Shown here in pieces: positions 1-12,208 of a stretch of 64,000 bases of DNA. Source of the DNA: Mobula hypostoma. Taxonomy: Eukaryota. The stretch is from positions 8,246,001 to 8,310,000 of the forward strand of contig NC_086098.1 of the NCBI RefSeq assembly GCF_963921235.1, given 5' to 3'. The translations under genes were made by a program, and so were the position numbers. How positions within the stretch are numbered: the stretch's first letter is position 1; each line of letters starts with the position of its first letter. The notes under the pieces were generated by a model. That model did no database searches. It saw nothing but the letters and a program-made list of their open reading frames with translations, and was not told where the DNA came from.

Positions 1-221
1 TGCCTTCTGCAGGCAAGCCATTTCTGAATCCACCTGCCCAAACTTCCCTGGATCCCATGCCTTCTGACTTTCTGAATAAGCCTACCGTATGGAACCTTGT
101 CAAATGCCTTACTAAAATCCATACAGATCACATCCGCTGCACTACCCTCATCTATATGCCTAGTCACCACCTCAAAGAACTCTATCAGGCTTGTTAGACA
201 CGATCTGCCCTTCACAAAGCC
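1..221 (-). mobile_element. CR1 LINE RT fragment, cut by window edge
   Basis: Minus strand translates GFVKGRSCLTSLIEFFEVVTRHIDEGSAADVICMDFSKAFDKVP, a CR1-type RT motif. Confidence 0.9.
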
Positions 222-1422
222 AATTCAAAGTAGCCAATTCATTCTTCATGGCTACTGGGACCACTGGCATTGCCCATGGGCTCCACTCAACCTTGCTAAG
301 AACTCCTCCAGCCTTCATGCGACCTAGCTCACTGGCTACTTTATCATGGATGGTATAAGGAACCAGTTAGGCTTTGTTAAACTGAGGGTATGGCATTTTC
401 ATTTAGCACTGTTTTACCCTTAATATATTTGGGTTTTCCTATGCCATCCTTGGACACTGATGTGGCATCATGTGGAACCTTAAAATGCTTTCAGCTGACT
501 CTTTTTCAGGAGGTGCGGCATACAAATGATGGATGATCTCCAATCTAGTTGTGGTTGTCCCAGCCACTCACCACTGCAAAATGCTGGCCCTCCTGTTTTT
601 ACCACATACAAGCCAAATGTGGCTTATTGGTTGCTGTATTTGACTGTTATGAATGTCATTCCCACTGGAGTTATCTTTTCACCAGTGTAAGTTCTTCGTT
701 GGATATCTGCAGGCTTCAGTTCAGTATCTTTGAAATGCCATTCAAAGACATTTTGTTTTTATAACAGGAACAGCCAACCCAGTGTCCAATTCCATTTTAA
801 TTAATTTACTGTTCACCTCTGGTGTAAGACATATGGCTTATCTATTGTTAGTTTTCAAATCTCAAGGATAGCCAGTCCTCTGCCATTCTCATCATTATCA
901 GATATTTCATCAGTAACATGCAGATTAGTGCTCTTTTTGAAACTGCAACTTGATGTTTTATATTTCTGTCTCGGTATGGCTCCCATTTTGTTTGATTTTC
1001 TGCAAATTTTGCCTTTAAACTTGCAGTAATCTGGTGTATATGAGCCTCTGTTACAATGGTAACACAATTTGTTTGGCCAGGCCCGTTTCTGTTTAGGCAT
1101 CACAATTTTGTTCGTCTTCACTTTCATTCTTGAATGCAACTCAATTGCTTCACTGTCCGTTGTTTCCATTGACACAATGATTTCAACTGCTTTTGAATGC
1201 TTTCTTGTAAGATTCCGCAAAGTAACCAATCTCTCAGTGCATCATTAAGCCCTTAACTGAATTGAAAATGCTTAGGCAATCTCTTCAATTCACCTACATA
1301 CTCTGAAATGGTCTCCCCTTCATTTTCACTCTGCTTATGAAACCTAAAGCTTTCTGCAATCAAGAATGGCTTCCATTCTAAATGTTCTTGCATTACTTTC
1401 ACTATATCAGCAGAGCTAATTT

Positions 1423-1625
1423 CCATAAGGACACGAGATACAGGAGCAGAATTAGTCCATTTGTCCCACCGAGTGTGCTCCACTATTTCATCATGGCTGA
1501 TCCATTTCCCTCTCAGCCCCAATCTCCTGCCATTTCCCCATATCCCATCATGACTAATCAAGAATCTATCAACCTCTACCTTAAATATACCCTTCACAGC
1601 CGTTTGTGTCAACGAGTCCCCCAAA
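1423..1625 (-). mobile_element. CR1 3'-end fragment inserted in the gag of Gypsy 1
   Basis: Matches the CR1 3' UTR seen throughout the window (ggagcagaattag.ccatt...catggctgat); interrupts the gag frame. Confidence 0.8.
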
Positions 1626-2071
1626 GTTACAATTCATGTTTTCATCACATTTGGTTGTAGCAGTCAAACTTCTAAGCAAACTGTATGCTCTTCCACCTAT
1701 TACACTCAGCAAAACTGCCATTCGTTTTTCCTTAGGTATTTCATTTGCTTCAAAATACTACATAATTCACTCAGTATACATCAATTAGTTATCTCTTGTG
1801 CAAATCAAGTGTGTCTATATTTCTGATGTAGCCAGCCATTTCTACTTTTTTATAATTATTATCACTCAGTACTCATCATTTATGAACCCATGAATTGGTT
1901 CATTTTCTACCTTTTTTTATCTCAACAATCTCTGTCCCTTCCCAAAGAAGCACATATTGTTTTCTTTAATTAGCCATTTTTTTGCTGCGCTTTTTTTAAT
2001 CTCGAACATCTTGATGTGCTTCAAATGCTAAGTAGTTGTTTCAGATTAGCTTAAATATTCCTTATTGCCGC

Positions 2072-2280
2072 TGTTACATTTTGTAACTCCAGAGCATAAA
2101 GCTAACTGAAAGAAAATCTCGGAGCTGGGAATATTTTTTCGTGGTGGTGTGATGATGTAGGCCATTCACGTACTTTTACATATAGCCCATCTTAATTTAT
2201 TTAAACAAACAAAGAATGCTTAATCAAACAGTATACTTACAATATTAGTCAAATATTGTTGAAATATTAAATGTACAACA
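2072..2280 (-). repeat. 5' LTR of Gypsy element 1
   Basis: TGTT...AACA termini; lies directly upstream of gag on the minus strand; followed by a degenerate PBS-like GCGGCAATAAGG. Confidence 0.7.
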
Positions 2281-2640
2281 CGTACCTCCTTCTCAATGGT
2301 AGCAATGAGAAGAGAGCATGTCCTGGGTTGATGGGACTCCTCAATGATGGATGCCATCATTTAGATGCATAGTTTTTTTGAAGAAGTCCTCAATGCTGGG
2401 GAGGCTAGTGCCCATGATGGTCATTGGTAAGAGACTTCTTCAATCTGGCCTGGTTGAAATCCCCCTCAATGATAAGGAAGGCATTCGAGTGCATTGTTTC
2501 ATGCCTGCTAATCATGGTATTCAGCTGGCCCAGTGTCAGATGTGGAATGTACACTGCTACCAGGATGTTGGCAGAAACTTGGCTCGGCAGATAACATGGA
2601 TGACACTTGACTGCTGGATGTTCCGGGGTGGGTAAGGCAG
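2281..2640 (-). mobile_element. Rex1/Babar-type LINE remnants (ORF C-terminus plus endonuclease piece)
   Basis: Minus strand AFLIIEGDFNQARLKKSL and VKCHPCYLP..LVAVYIP (APE endonuclease); 3' piece resembles 48705-49140. Confidence 0.7.
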
Positions 2641-3384
2641 TTTTATTTTGATTTCTATTTATGGACCGCGTTAAACATATGGATCATATGTCCAAGTGTT
2701 CAAAAGGAATTAATGGTCAAGGAGGCAGAAACAGGTACCTGTTCATTGGCTGGCACGAGAACAAAATGGGAAGCCAACCACGTAAATTAAAACTTGAATT
2801 TCAGTGGAAAACCAGCTTAAAAATGAAAAATGCTTTTCATTTCAAAAGAAAAGTGCAAATTTTAGACCAAAATTTATAATCAGTCGTTAATGAGCTTAGT
2901 CACAAACACATCAATTTGCTATCCTATTTCATACTAAGGGTTAGTGAAATATTATGGATAAAAACCCAGTGAGCAGACTTTCACAGTGGGTAAACTGCTA
3001 GTTTCTAGAACAGGTCATCAGTCACTGCTAAAAGTACAGGAGCATTGTGCACAGAGTGTTGGCAACAATTAATTCATACCTACAATGAATCCACACTCTG
3101 GAAATCAATTGTTGTCGTCAATTTCACAGGCAGAGCATTTTGAATCATTGATGGTCCTCCCACATCGTGTGAAATAAATTGATAACTTTAGACATTAATT
3201 CCCTCCACAGAGCATTAATAACTGATGCACAGCTCCTCAAATGGTTCCAGAGAATTCAGCCTTGCCTGAATGTACATTTTTCCATAAGTCTAACTGGATC
3301 TAATGCTTCCTGCTCCTCCACTGGTAAATTATTTTTATTATGATATTTATTTGCACAACCAAATCCATTCCTACAAAACAATTT

Positions 3385-3715
3385 TTCCCTCCCCTCCCCT
3401 CTTCTTCTATTCCCTAATCTGTCCTCTTATTTGTTCTCACCTGCCAATTAATTTCCCCTGGGTCCTTTTCTCCTTCCCTTTCTCCTGTGATTCACTCTCC
3501 TCTCCCATCAGATTCTTTCCTCACTCCAGCACACCTGGCTTCACCTATCACCTCCTGGCTATCCTCCTTCCCCTCCCCACCCCACCTTTTTCTTCTGGCA
3601 TCTTCCCCCTTCCTTTTCGGTCCTGAAGAAGAGTCTCGGCCCAAAACATCAACTGCTTATTCCTTTCCACAGCTGCTGCCTGACCTGCTGAGTTCCTCCT
3701 TTGTGCATGTTGCTA
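3385..3715 (+). mobile_element. PLE-derived terminal repeat
   Basis: Pyrimidine-rich tract, degenerate CTGAAGA..GTCTCGGCCCAAAAC motif and GCTGCCTGACCTGCTGAGTTCCTCC; same as the sequence downstream of the GIY-YIG ORF at 35840-36745. Confidence 0.75.
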
Positions 3716-3821
3716 CAAAACAGAAGGCTGTTTTGCATTGGTTAAATTTCTTCTTGTAGTTATGTTAAAAAAATTGATGTTGCTTCCTCATTAGAATGTC
3801 AGTTCCTCGTTAGTATATAAG

Positions 3822-6260
3822 CCCATGAGACATAAGAGCAGAATTACGTCATTTCGCCCATCAAGTCTGCTCCACCATTAAATCATGGAAGATCCTTTCT
3901 TCTGTTCTCCTCAGCCTCACTCCCTGGTCTTCTCCCCGTAACCTTTGATGCCCTGGCTAATCAAGAACAAATCAATCTTTGCCTTAGACACACCCAATGA
4001 CCCGGCCTCCACAGCTGCCTGTGGTAACAAATTCCACAAATTCACCACCCTCTGGCTAAAGAAATTTCTCTGAATCTCTTTTTCAAATGGATGTCCCTCT
4101 ATCCTGAGGCTGTGCCCTCTTGTCCTAGACTCCTCCACCATGGGAAACATCCTTTCCATATCTACTCTGTCTAGGTCTTTGAACATTTGAAAGATTTCAA
4201 TGAGATCCCCTCTTATCCTTCTAAATTCCAGCGAATACAGATCCAGATCCATCAAATGTTCCTCAATTGATAACCTTTTCCTTCACAAATCTGTCAGAAA
4301 CTTTCCTGTACTACCATGGGCTCTTAACTTGGTAAGCAGCGTCATGTGTGTATACTTGACAAAGGCTTTCTGAAAGTCCAAATATACATAATCCACTGCA
4401 CCCTCTTTATCTATCCAACTTGTAATCTCCTTAAAGTATTCCAACAGGTTCGTCAGGTAAGATTTTCCCTTAAGGAAACCATGCTGACTTTGTCTTATCT
4501 TGTCCGAGTTATCAAGTACTCCATCATCTCATCCTTAACAACTGACCCCGACACATTCCCAAACACAGATCAGGCTAACTGTTCTATAATTTCCTTTCTG
4601 CTGCCTCCCTCCTTTCTTAAAGAGCGGAGTGACATATGTAATTTTCCAGCTCTCCAGAACCACGTCAGAGTCTAATGATTCTTAAAAGATCATTACTAAT
4701 GCCTCCATAATCTCCACCGCTACCTCCTTCTGAACCCTAGGGTGCAGTTCATCTGCTCTTTCAGCTTTGTGAGAACCTTCTTCCTTGTAACTGCGCAACT
4801 TCTCTTCCCTCACACCCTTCAACATCCAACACACTGCTCATGTCTTCCACAGTGAAGACTGATGCAAAATACTCACTTAGTTCATCTGTCATCTCCTTGT
4901 CCCCCGTTGTATTTTCTCCGTCCTCATTTTCTTGCAATCCTATATCCACTCTCTTTTCTCTTTCATTTTCCATATACTTGAAAAAGCATTTTCCATCCAC
5001 CTTGATATTGTTTCCTAGTTTGCTTTTATACGAGGGGTGATTGAAAAGTTTGTGGTTTCAAGTAGAAGGAGTCAATTTTAGAAATCCTAGCATATTTATT
5101 TTTCCTACATTTACACACTTAGTCCAGTGTCGTGGAGCATACGGATCCCTTCTTTGTAGAATTCGGCATCTTCTTGGACCCCCAGGAAGTGGTCCACAGC
5201 AGGGGTGGTTGATAAGTTTGTGGCCTAAGGTAGAAGGAGATGAGTTATTAACTTGAAACTTTCTGCATTTTCACTCAAAGAGTTGAACTGCAAGTGCATG
5301 TAACGAGAGCTGTATAGCTCATCTCCTTCTACCCAAGGCCACAAACTTATCAATCATCCCTGCTGTGGACCACCTGGAGGTCCAAGACGCTCTCATTACA
5401 CACTCAGTTCAACTCTTTGAGTGATAATGCAGAAAGTTTTAAGTTAATAACTCATCTCCTTCTAACTTAGGCCACAAACTTATCAATCACCCCTCATATT
5501 TTATCTTTTCCCTTCGAATGATTCTTTTAGTTGTTTTCTGTAGTTTTTTTAAAAGCTTCCTAATCTTCTATATTCCCACTAATTTTTTGATTTGTTGTAT
5601 GCCCTTCCTTTCACTTTTACAGTAGCTTTGACTTCCCTTGTCAGCCACAATTGTACTATTTTTCTTTGAGTATTTTTTTGTTTTGGAATACATCTATGTG
5701 GCACCTTCCTCATTTTTCCTAGAAACTCAAGCCATTGCTGCTCTGCTGACATCCCTGCCAGGATCTCCTTCCAACTTAGCTTAGCCAACTCCTCTCTCAT
5801 ACCACTGTAATGTCCTTTACATCACAGAAATATTGCTACAAAAGACTTCACTTTTTCCCTATCAAATTTCAGGCTGAACTCAATCATATTCTGATTACTG
5901 CCTCCTAAGTGTTTTTTTTTATTTTAAGCTCCCTAATCACCTCTGGCTCATTATATAACACCCAATCCAGTATAGCTGATCCCCTAGTAGTCTCAATGAC
6001 AAACTGGTCTAAAAATCCATTTCATAGCATTCAACAAATTCATTTTCTTGGGGTCCATTACCAACCTGATTTTCCCAATCTACTTGCATGTTAAAATCTC
6101 CCATGACTTTAATAACATTGCCCTTTTGACACGCCTTTTCTATTTCCCATTGTCATCTGTAGTCCATATCCCAGCCACTGTTGGGAGGCCTGTATATAAC
6201 TGCCATCAGGACCCTTTTACCCTTTAAGTTTCTTAACTCATCCCACAAGGATTCAACATC
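3822..6260 (-). mobile_element. CR1 LINE, decayed with deletions; split by a MITE
   Basis: ORF 3917-4255 LYSLEFRRIRGDLIE...NFFSQRVVNLWNLLP; ORF 4761-5000 EYFASVFTVED; CR1 3' UTR at the left end. Confidence 0.85.
5031..5496. mobile_element. Mariner-type MITE with TA TSD and internal TIR copies
   Basis: TA|CGAGGGGTGATTGA..AAGTTTGTGG...CCACAAACTTATCAATCACCCCTCA|TA; host CR1 resumes on both sides. Confidence 0.85.
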
Positions 6261-6510
6261 AGAGGACACGTCAGAGGTGAATTTTTCATGCAGAGAATGG
6301 TGAGTGCGTGGAATGCACTGCCAGTGTAGGTGGTAGAGGCAGATACAATTGTGTCTTTTAAGAACCTCTTAGATAGGTACATGGATCTTAGAAAAATAGA
6401 GGGCTATACGGTAGGGAAATTCTAGGCAGTTTCTAGAGTAGGCTACCTGGTTGGCACAACATTGTGGGCTGAAGGGCCAGTAATGTGCTGTAGATTTCTA
6501 AGTTCTATAA
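6260..6510 (+). mobile_element. CR1 3'-end fragment
   Basis: FFMQRMVSAWNALP-type C-terminus; tail TTCTAAGTTCTA. Confidence 0.75.
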
Positions 6511-6514
6511 AGCC

Positions 6515-6715
6515 AGTTAAGTACGTACTCCTGTACACTTGCTCGTGAATGCAAATATCTAATCAGCCAATCATGTGGCAGCAACTCAATGCATAAAAGC
6601 ATGCAGACATGGTCAAGAATGCACAACGCATCAAACTTGAAGTGGATGCGCTACAGCAGTAGATGAACACACTGGGTTCCATTCCTGCACCTAATAAAGT
6701 GGCATTGAGTCTGTA
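6515..6715. mobile_element. Non-autonomous Tc1-like element (internal deletion derivative)
   Basis: Shares aatgcaaatatctaatcagccaatcatgtggcagcaactcaatgc and a TIR-like CCTAATAAAGTGGC end with the Tc1 copy at 47763. Confidence 0.7.
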
Positions 6716-7319
6716 GTTCAAGTTCAAGTTTAATTGTCATACAATCACACTTAAATACCCATGAATGCGGCCAAATAAACACCATTACTCTGGAGCCTAG
6801 TTGCAAAACACAGTACCAACAGTCACATAGCACATATAAGTTAGCAAACACATGCAAGTTATCAGTAAATAGCAGTCACACACAAAGATATATAGTCCGG
6901 GACCCTGAGTCCATGAATGTTGCAGAAATCTGCAGCTGAACACAATACAGCTTGTCCTCTGCAGAGCACACACTGTGGGGCAGCACCAACTCCAGCTTGG
7001 ATGCCGTACTACACCGACTCCGGCATTCCAACGCAGTGCCCGACTCCAATGCCTCCCACTGGGCAGCTGCAAACAGGCGACTCCACAGCTTGAGGCCTAG
7101 TCGCCTGAGGCTGTGCAGCTCCCCCACTGTCCACCCCCGTCAATCGCCAATAAACCAATGAATTAGACTTGCAACATTCCACACCAGTATACTTTCCATT
7201 GTTGGACTTCAAATATCAATTTTGCTCAGAGTGAACAATAGCCATATCAGTCCCTAAATATGACTGATTATCACCCTGCAGCTTCTGGTGTGATTTCTAC
7301 ATCAGTTACACACTAGACG

Positions 7320-8470
7320 CTAGAATACTACAGCACAGTACAGGCCCTTCGGCCCTCGATGTTGTGCCGACCCAGATATTCCTTAAAAAAGACATACTAA
7401 ACCCACACTACCCTGTAACCATATATTTTTCTTTCACCCATGTGCCTGTCCAAGAGGCTCTTAAATATCCCTAAAGTTTTAGCCTCCACCACCATCCCTG
7501 GCAAGTCATTCCAGGCACCCACAACCCTCTGTGTGAAAAACTTATCCCTGATGTCTCCCCTAAACCTCCCTCCCTTAACTTTGTACATATGCCCTCTGGT
7601 GTTTGCTATTCGTGCCCTGGGAAACAGGTACTGGCTATCCACCCTATCTATGCCTCTCATAATCTTGTAGACCTCTATTAAGTCCCCTCTCATCCTTCTA
7701 CGCTCCAAAAAGAAAAGTCCCAGCTCTGCTAAACTTGCCTCATAAGACTTGTTTTCCAATCCAGGCAACATCCTGGTAAATCTCCTCTGCACCCTCTCCA
7801 TAGCTTCCACATCCTTCCTATAATGAGGTGACCAAAACTGAATACAATACTCTAAGTGTGGTCTCACCAGAGATTTGTAGAGTTGCAACATGACCTCTCT
7901 ACTCTTGAACTCAGTCGCTCTATTAATGAAGCCTAGCATCCCATAGGCCTTCTTAACTATCCTAGCAACCTGTGCGCGACGTTGGGGGATGTATGGATTT
8001 GAACCCCAAGCTTCATCCACACTCTTAAGTAACTGACCATTAACTCTGTACTCAGCCTTTTGGTTTGTCCTTCCAAAATGCATCACCTCACACTTATCCG
8101 GATTGAACTCCATCTGCCACTTTTCTGCCCGACTCTGCATCCTGTCTATATCCTCTTGTAACCTTTGACAGCCTATAGCTCCATCCACAACTCCTCCAAT
8201 CTTCCTGTCATCTGCAAACTTACTCACCCATCCTTCTGCCTCTTCATCCAGGTCATTTATAAAAATCACAAAGAGCAGGGGTCCCAGGACAGATCCTTGC
8301 GGCACTCCACTAGTCACCGACCTCCAGGTAGAATACTTTCCTTCCACTACCACCCTCTGCTTTCTTCCTTTAAGCCAATTTTTCATCCAAACAGCCAAGG
8401 TTCCACTGATCCCATGCCTCATGACTTTCTGGATGAATCTCTCGTGGCGGACCTTGTCAAATACCTTACT
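7320..8470 (-). mobile_element. CR1 LINE, 5'-truncated (RT to 3' UTR)
   Basis: ORF 7397-8578: SGVPQGSVLGPLLFVIFINDL, KFADD, HLEYCIQFWSP, FFTQRVVGAWNDLP. Confidence 0.92.
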
Positions 8471-8516
8471 ACACACGTTGATGTCAAGTCCTGTCCCATA
8501 TTCCTTTGCAGCATTA

Positions 8517-10960
8517 TGATAAGAGCATAAGACAGGAACAGAATTAGGCCACTTGGCCCATTGAGTCTGCTCTGCCAATCCTCAATGTGATTTCTGATCT
8601 CTCTCAACCCCACTCTCCTGCCTTCGCCCCATACCTTTGGCACATTTACAAATCAAGAAACTGTCAACCTCCACTTTAAGTATACCCAATGACTTGTCCT
8701 TCAGAATTGTCTGTGACAATGAATTCCACAGAGTTAACATCTTCTGGCTGAAGAAATTCCTCCTCATTTCTGTTCTAGATGGACGTCCCTCTGAGTCTGT
8801 TCTATGTGCCTTCTGCTCCTAGATTTCTCCCAACATCTTCTCCACACCCACTCTATCTAAGCCTTTCGATATTTGATAGCTTTGATGAGATCAGAATCAG
8901 AATCCTTTATTATCGCCAAGTATGTGAACACATACAGGGAATTTGATGTCAGTTTCCCTGAGCTCTCGCTGTACAGAATCAAAAAGCAAACAATTGTGCA
9001 AATAATCGTGAACTATATACAATGAGGTATATCTGTGTATGTACAGGTGGACTTGGTTTATAATAGACTAAAATTCAAGTGTTCATAAGACTGATGGCAT
9101 ACGGAAAGAAACTGTTTTTGTACCTATTTGTCCTGGCATTCCTCCCTCATTCCTCAAAACTCGACTGAGTACAGGCGTACAGGCCCAGAGCCATCAAACG
9201 CTCCTCATCCATTAACAACCTCACTCCCAGAAGTAATCTCATGAACATCCTCTGAGCCATCACCAATGCCAGCATACTTTTTCTCAGTTAAGGGACCCAG
9301 TACTGTTCACAATACGCCAAGTGCAATCTTACCAGTGCCTTGTAAAGCCTCAGCATTACATTCTTGACATTACAAGATGGAAATGGCCAGTTCAAGAGAG
9401 CATAACTTTTAAGATCTTTGGAGGAGAGTACAGGGGGGACATCAGAGGCAGCATTTTTACCCACAAAGTGGTGGATGCTTGGAATGTGCTGTCATGGGTG
9501 GTGATAGAGACATTTAAGAGATTCTTAGATGGGCACATGGATGAAGGGAGGATGAAGGGAATATGAAGGGCTTTGTGGGTGTAAAGAGTTAGATTGATCT
9601 TAGCATAGGTTAAGAGGTCAGCACAACATCATGGGCCGGTACTGTGCTGTAACGTTCTATGTTCTATGTTCCACAGGAGAAATTAGACTAGTCTGCCAGA
9701 GGTCATCGTTCGACACTTTGGAATATATGGGTTTTTTACCTCACACTTTTGAATAAACATTCAAAAACATTCAAAATTGCATACAGACTTAAAAGCCTTT
9801 TAAAAACTATTACTGTAACAGCTTAAAGTATTTCCAAGCATTTGAGCAAAACAACTTTAAAGGGAGGGAAGGGTTAGGTTAAAAGGTCGGCACAACATCG
9901 TCAGAGGAAGACCAGGGTTTGTTCTGTTATGTTTGATGTTCTAGGTTGAAAACTCTACAGAGGATGACAGTTATATTAATCTGTCAACATTCACCAGTCC
10001 GGCCTGACAGAGGCTGCCCCAAACAGGTTCAGGGGCAGGAACACATTATTGGCTCTTCTGCTGAGCCCTGTCAGCACAGCATCAGCTAACAGCTATCAGG
10101 AAGTTTGGGACTTGCAAGTCCATGCAAGTGTGCTCAAAGAAATCCCAAAGCGCTTTGCAGAGAGGTGAGGAAATGCCAGAGGTTGCCACAACCTCCCCAC
10201 GTAATCACTTCGGTCTGAGTACAACATGCACAGCCCTGCCACCAGTAACAAAGAATTCTTTTCTTACCTGGATGGATGTCAGATTGTGAAATTAATGACT
10301 GGAGCAAAAACAGTATTAACCTTTAAAAAGAGTTTAGATAAGGAATTAAAGGAGTGAATGATAAAGCATATAGAAACAAGGCAGGGCACCTGTTCTTGAA
10401 GAGGGTAAAGAGCAGAAGTATCGATTGGCTATGGAACACAAAACATGAAAAACGGTAAAGGCCCTTCAGCCCACAATGTTATGCCAATTTTACACCTACT
10501 TTAAGATAGAGTAACCCTCACTGTAACCCTTCCCTCCCACACAGCTCGCCATTTTTCTATCACTTATGTGCCTATCTAAAGGTCTCTTAAATGTCCTGAA
10601 TATGTTCAACTCTACCACATCTTCTGGCAGGGTGGACCACTCATGCACCTCTCTCTCTGTATAAACTTCCCTCTGACATCCCCCCACTATATTTTCCTCC
10701 AATCACCCTAAAATTATGACCCCCATATTAGCCATTTCCACCCTAGGAAAATGTCTCTGTCTGTCCACTCGACCTATGCGGCTTATTGTCTTGTACAGCT
10801 ATATCGTCGTCTTCATCCTCCTTCAAGTAAAGGCCTACCTCACACTCAGCCATTCCTCATAAGACATGCTCTCTAATACAGGTAGCATCCTGGTAAATTT
10901 ACACTTTAAAAATTCCACATCCTTCCAATAATGAGGCACCCAGAACTGAACACAATATTC
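8517..10960. mobile_element. Cluster of decayed CR1 3' fragments (8517-9365 minus with a short insert; 9378-9670 plus; 10432-10960 minus)
   Basis: Recurrent NFFSQ/WNSL, VVDAWNVL and CR1 3' UTR motifs; TTCTATG tail at ~9655-9670. Confidence 0.7.
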
Positions 10961-10961
10961 T

Positions 10962-11302
10962 TCAAGTCAAGTCAAGTTTATTGCCATTCAGCTACATACA
11001 CATATACTGTCAAACGAGACCTTTCTCCGGACCAGGGTGTAAAGCACAGTAGTATACGTAACACACAATAACTTACCAAAGTAAGGATAACATCTACAGA
11101 TGAAAGCTGCCTAAATAAATAAAGTAAAGTGCATAAAATAATTATTATTGGTGCAGATTAACCACTGAGACTTCAAATGCAATGCAGCATGGAGCTCAAA
11201 AGACCAATGGCCTGTTTCCCATCCTGACCGTTCTTGTCGTTTTGCATCGGAGTCCCCTTCCTGCTGGTGGAATGTCAAAGAGGATTGTGGGTGGATGGGT
11301 GG
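10962..11302 (-). mobile_element. Rex1/Babar-type 3' end, host of Gypsy 2; resumes at 19101-19157
   Basis: (TCAAG)n tail at 10962; minus-strand ORF end ...HPQSSL...RSGWET; continues with GATCCCTGATAAT after the 3' LTR. Confidence 0.7.
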
Positions 11303-11500
11303 TGTGGTGATATCACGTGTCACGTCTAAGAACATGATTGGACAGAGTTCAGAGCATACGCAGAAGTGACAGAATGATCTAGAAACTTGTATGGTGAAAA
11401 CGTGGTTGCTATTTGCTGTTGTAAATAAAAGTTCTAGTTTTAATTCTTCCAGAATATGGTTTGTTCTTAGTAACCCACGGAACGTATAAAGAACCCAACA
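11303..11500 (+). repeat. 5' LTR of Gypsy 2
   Basis: Direct repeat of 18898-19095 (18 mismatches in 198 bp by manual alignment, no indels); contains AATAAA. Confidence 0.95.
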
Positions 11501-11513
11501 TGGTGTCAGAAGT
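11501..11513 (+). promoter_or_regulatory. Primer binding site TGGTGTCAGAAGT (tRNA-Leu type)
   Basis: Directly follows the 5' LTR and begins TGG, complementary to the tRNA CCA end; tRNA identity is from recall. Confidence 0.85.
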
Positions 11514-12208
11514 CATTCTGGAAGAATAATACGTTCCGCTAACACGGGAGAGACGAAGATAATCGGAAAAAAAGAGCGCAATCTTTTTCGTTGTTTGCTA
11601 ACGGCTTTAAAAATGGAAATTTTGTAACCCCTATTGACCCTTCAGCTGACTGGAAACGCAGCTGCAAACTGGAAAAGATTTAAACAGCGTTTTGAAATTT
11701 ATTTATCGGCGATCGGAGCAGATAATAAAACAGAATCTGCAATCCTACTCCACATAATGGGTGACGACACAGTTGAGGTATATAACCATTTTACTTTTGA
11801 AAATGGAGATAATTTGAATCTAAAAGCAATAATGGATAAATTTGATGCATTTTGTATACCGAAGCACAATGTAACATATGAGCAATTAAATTTTTCACAT
11901 CTAAGCAGAAAGCGGGTCAAACGATTGATCAATTTGTTACAGAGTTGAGAAACCAGAGTAAAAATGCGAGTTTGCAGAACTGACAGATTCTCTCATTAAA
12001 GACGGAATTGTTTGTGGCATTCGGGATAATGGTCTGAGAGAAAGACTGTTAAGAGAACAAGATGTGAATTTGGAAAAAGCTTTGATTCTCTGAAAAGCTT
12101 CGGAAACCATGACCTCGCAGGCTAAAGAGCTTTTCCATAGAAACCATAGAGAATACAGCACAGAAACAGGCCTTTGGCCCTTCTTGGCTGTGCCGAACCA
12201 TTTTCTGC

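Larger units (their letters stand above)
235..2280 (-). mobile_element. Ty3/Gypsy LTR retrotransposon, decayed (5' LTR, gag, protease, start of RT); 3' part lost
   Basis: Gag ATG at ~1839 (MAGYI...); gag motifs LIAESFRFHKQ..EGETISEYVGELKRL; Zn knuckle CYHC...; protease MELDTG at ~780-797; early RT SKVEWSPWAMPVVPV at ~250-300; many frameshifts and stops. Confidence 0.85.

Noticed and set aside
7397..8578. 393-aa ORF as a host gene
   Set aside because: It is CR1 RT; its N-terminus is a chance read-through from the neighbouring CR1 3' UTR.
10260..10305. Possible minus-strand micro-exon (CAG...CAG|GTAAG)
   Set aside because: Splice-like words only; no recognisable peptide or partner exons.
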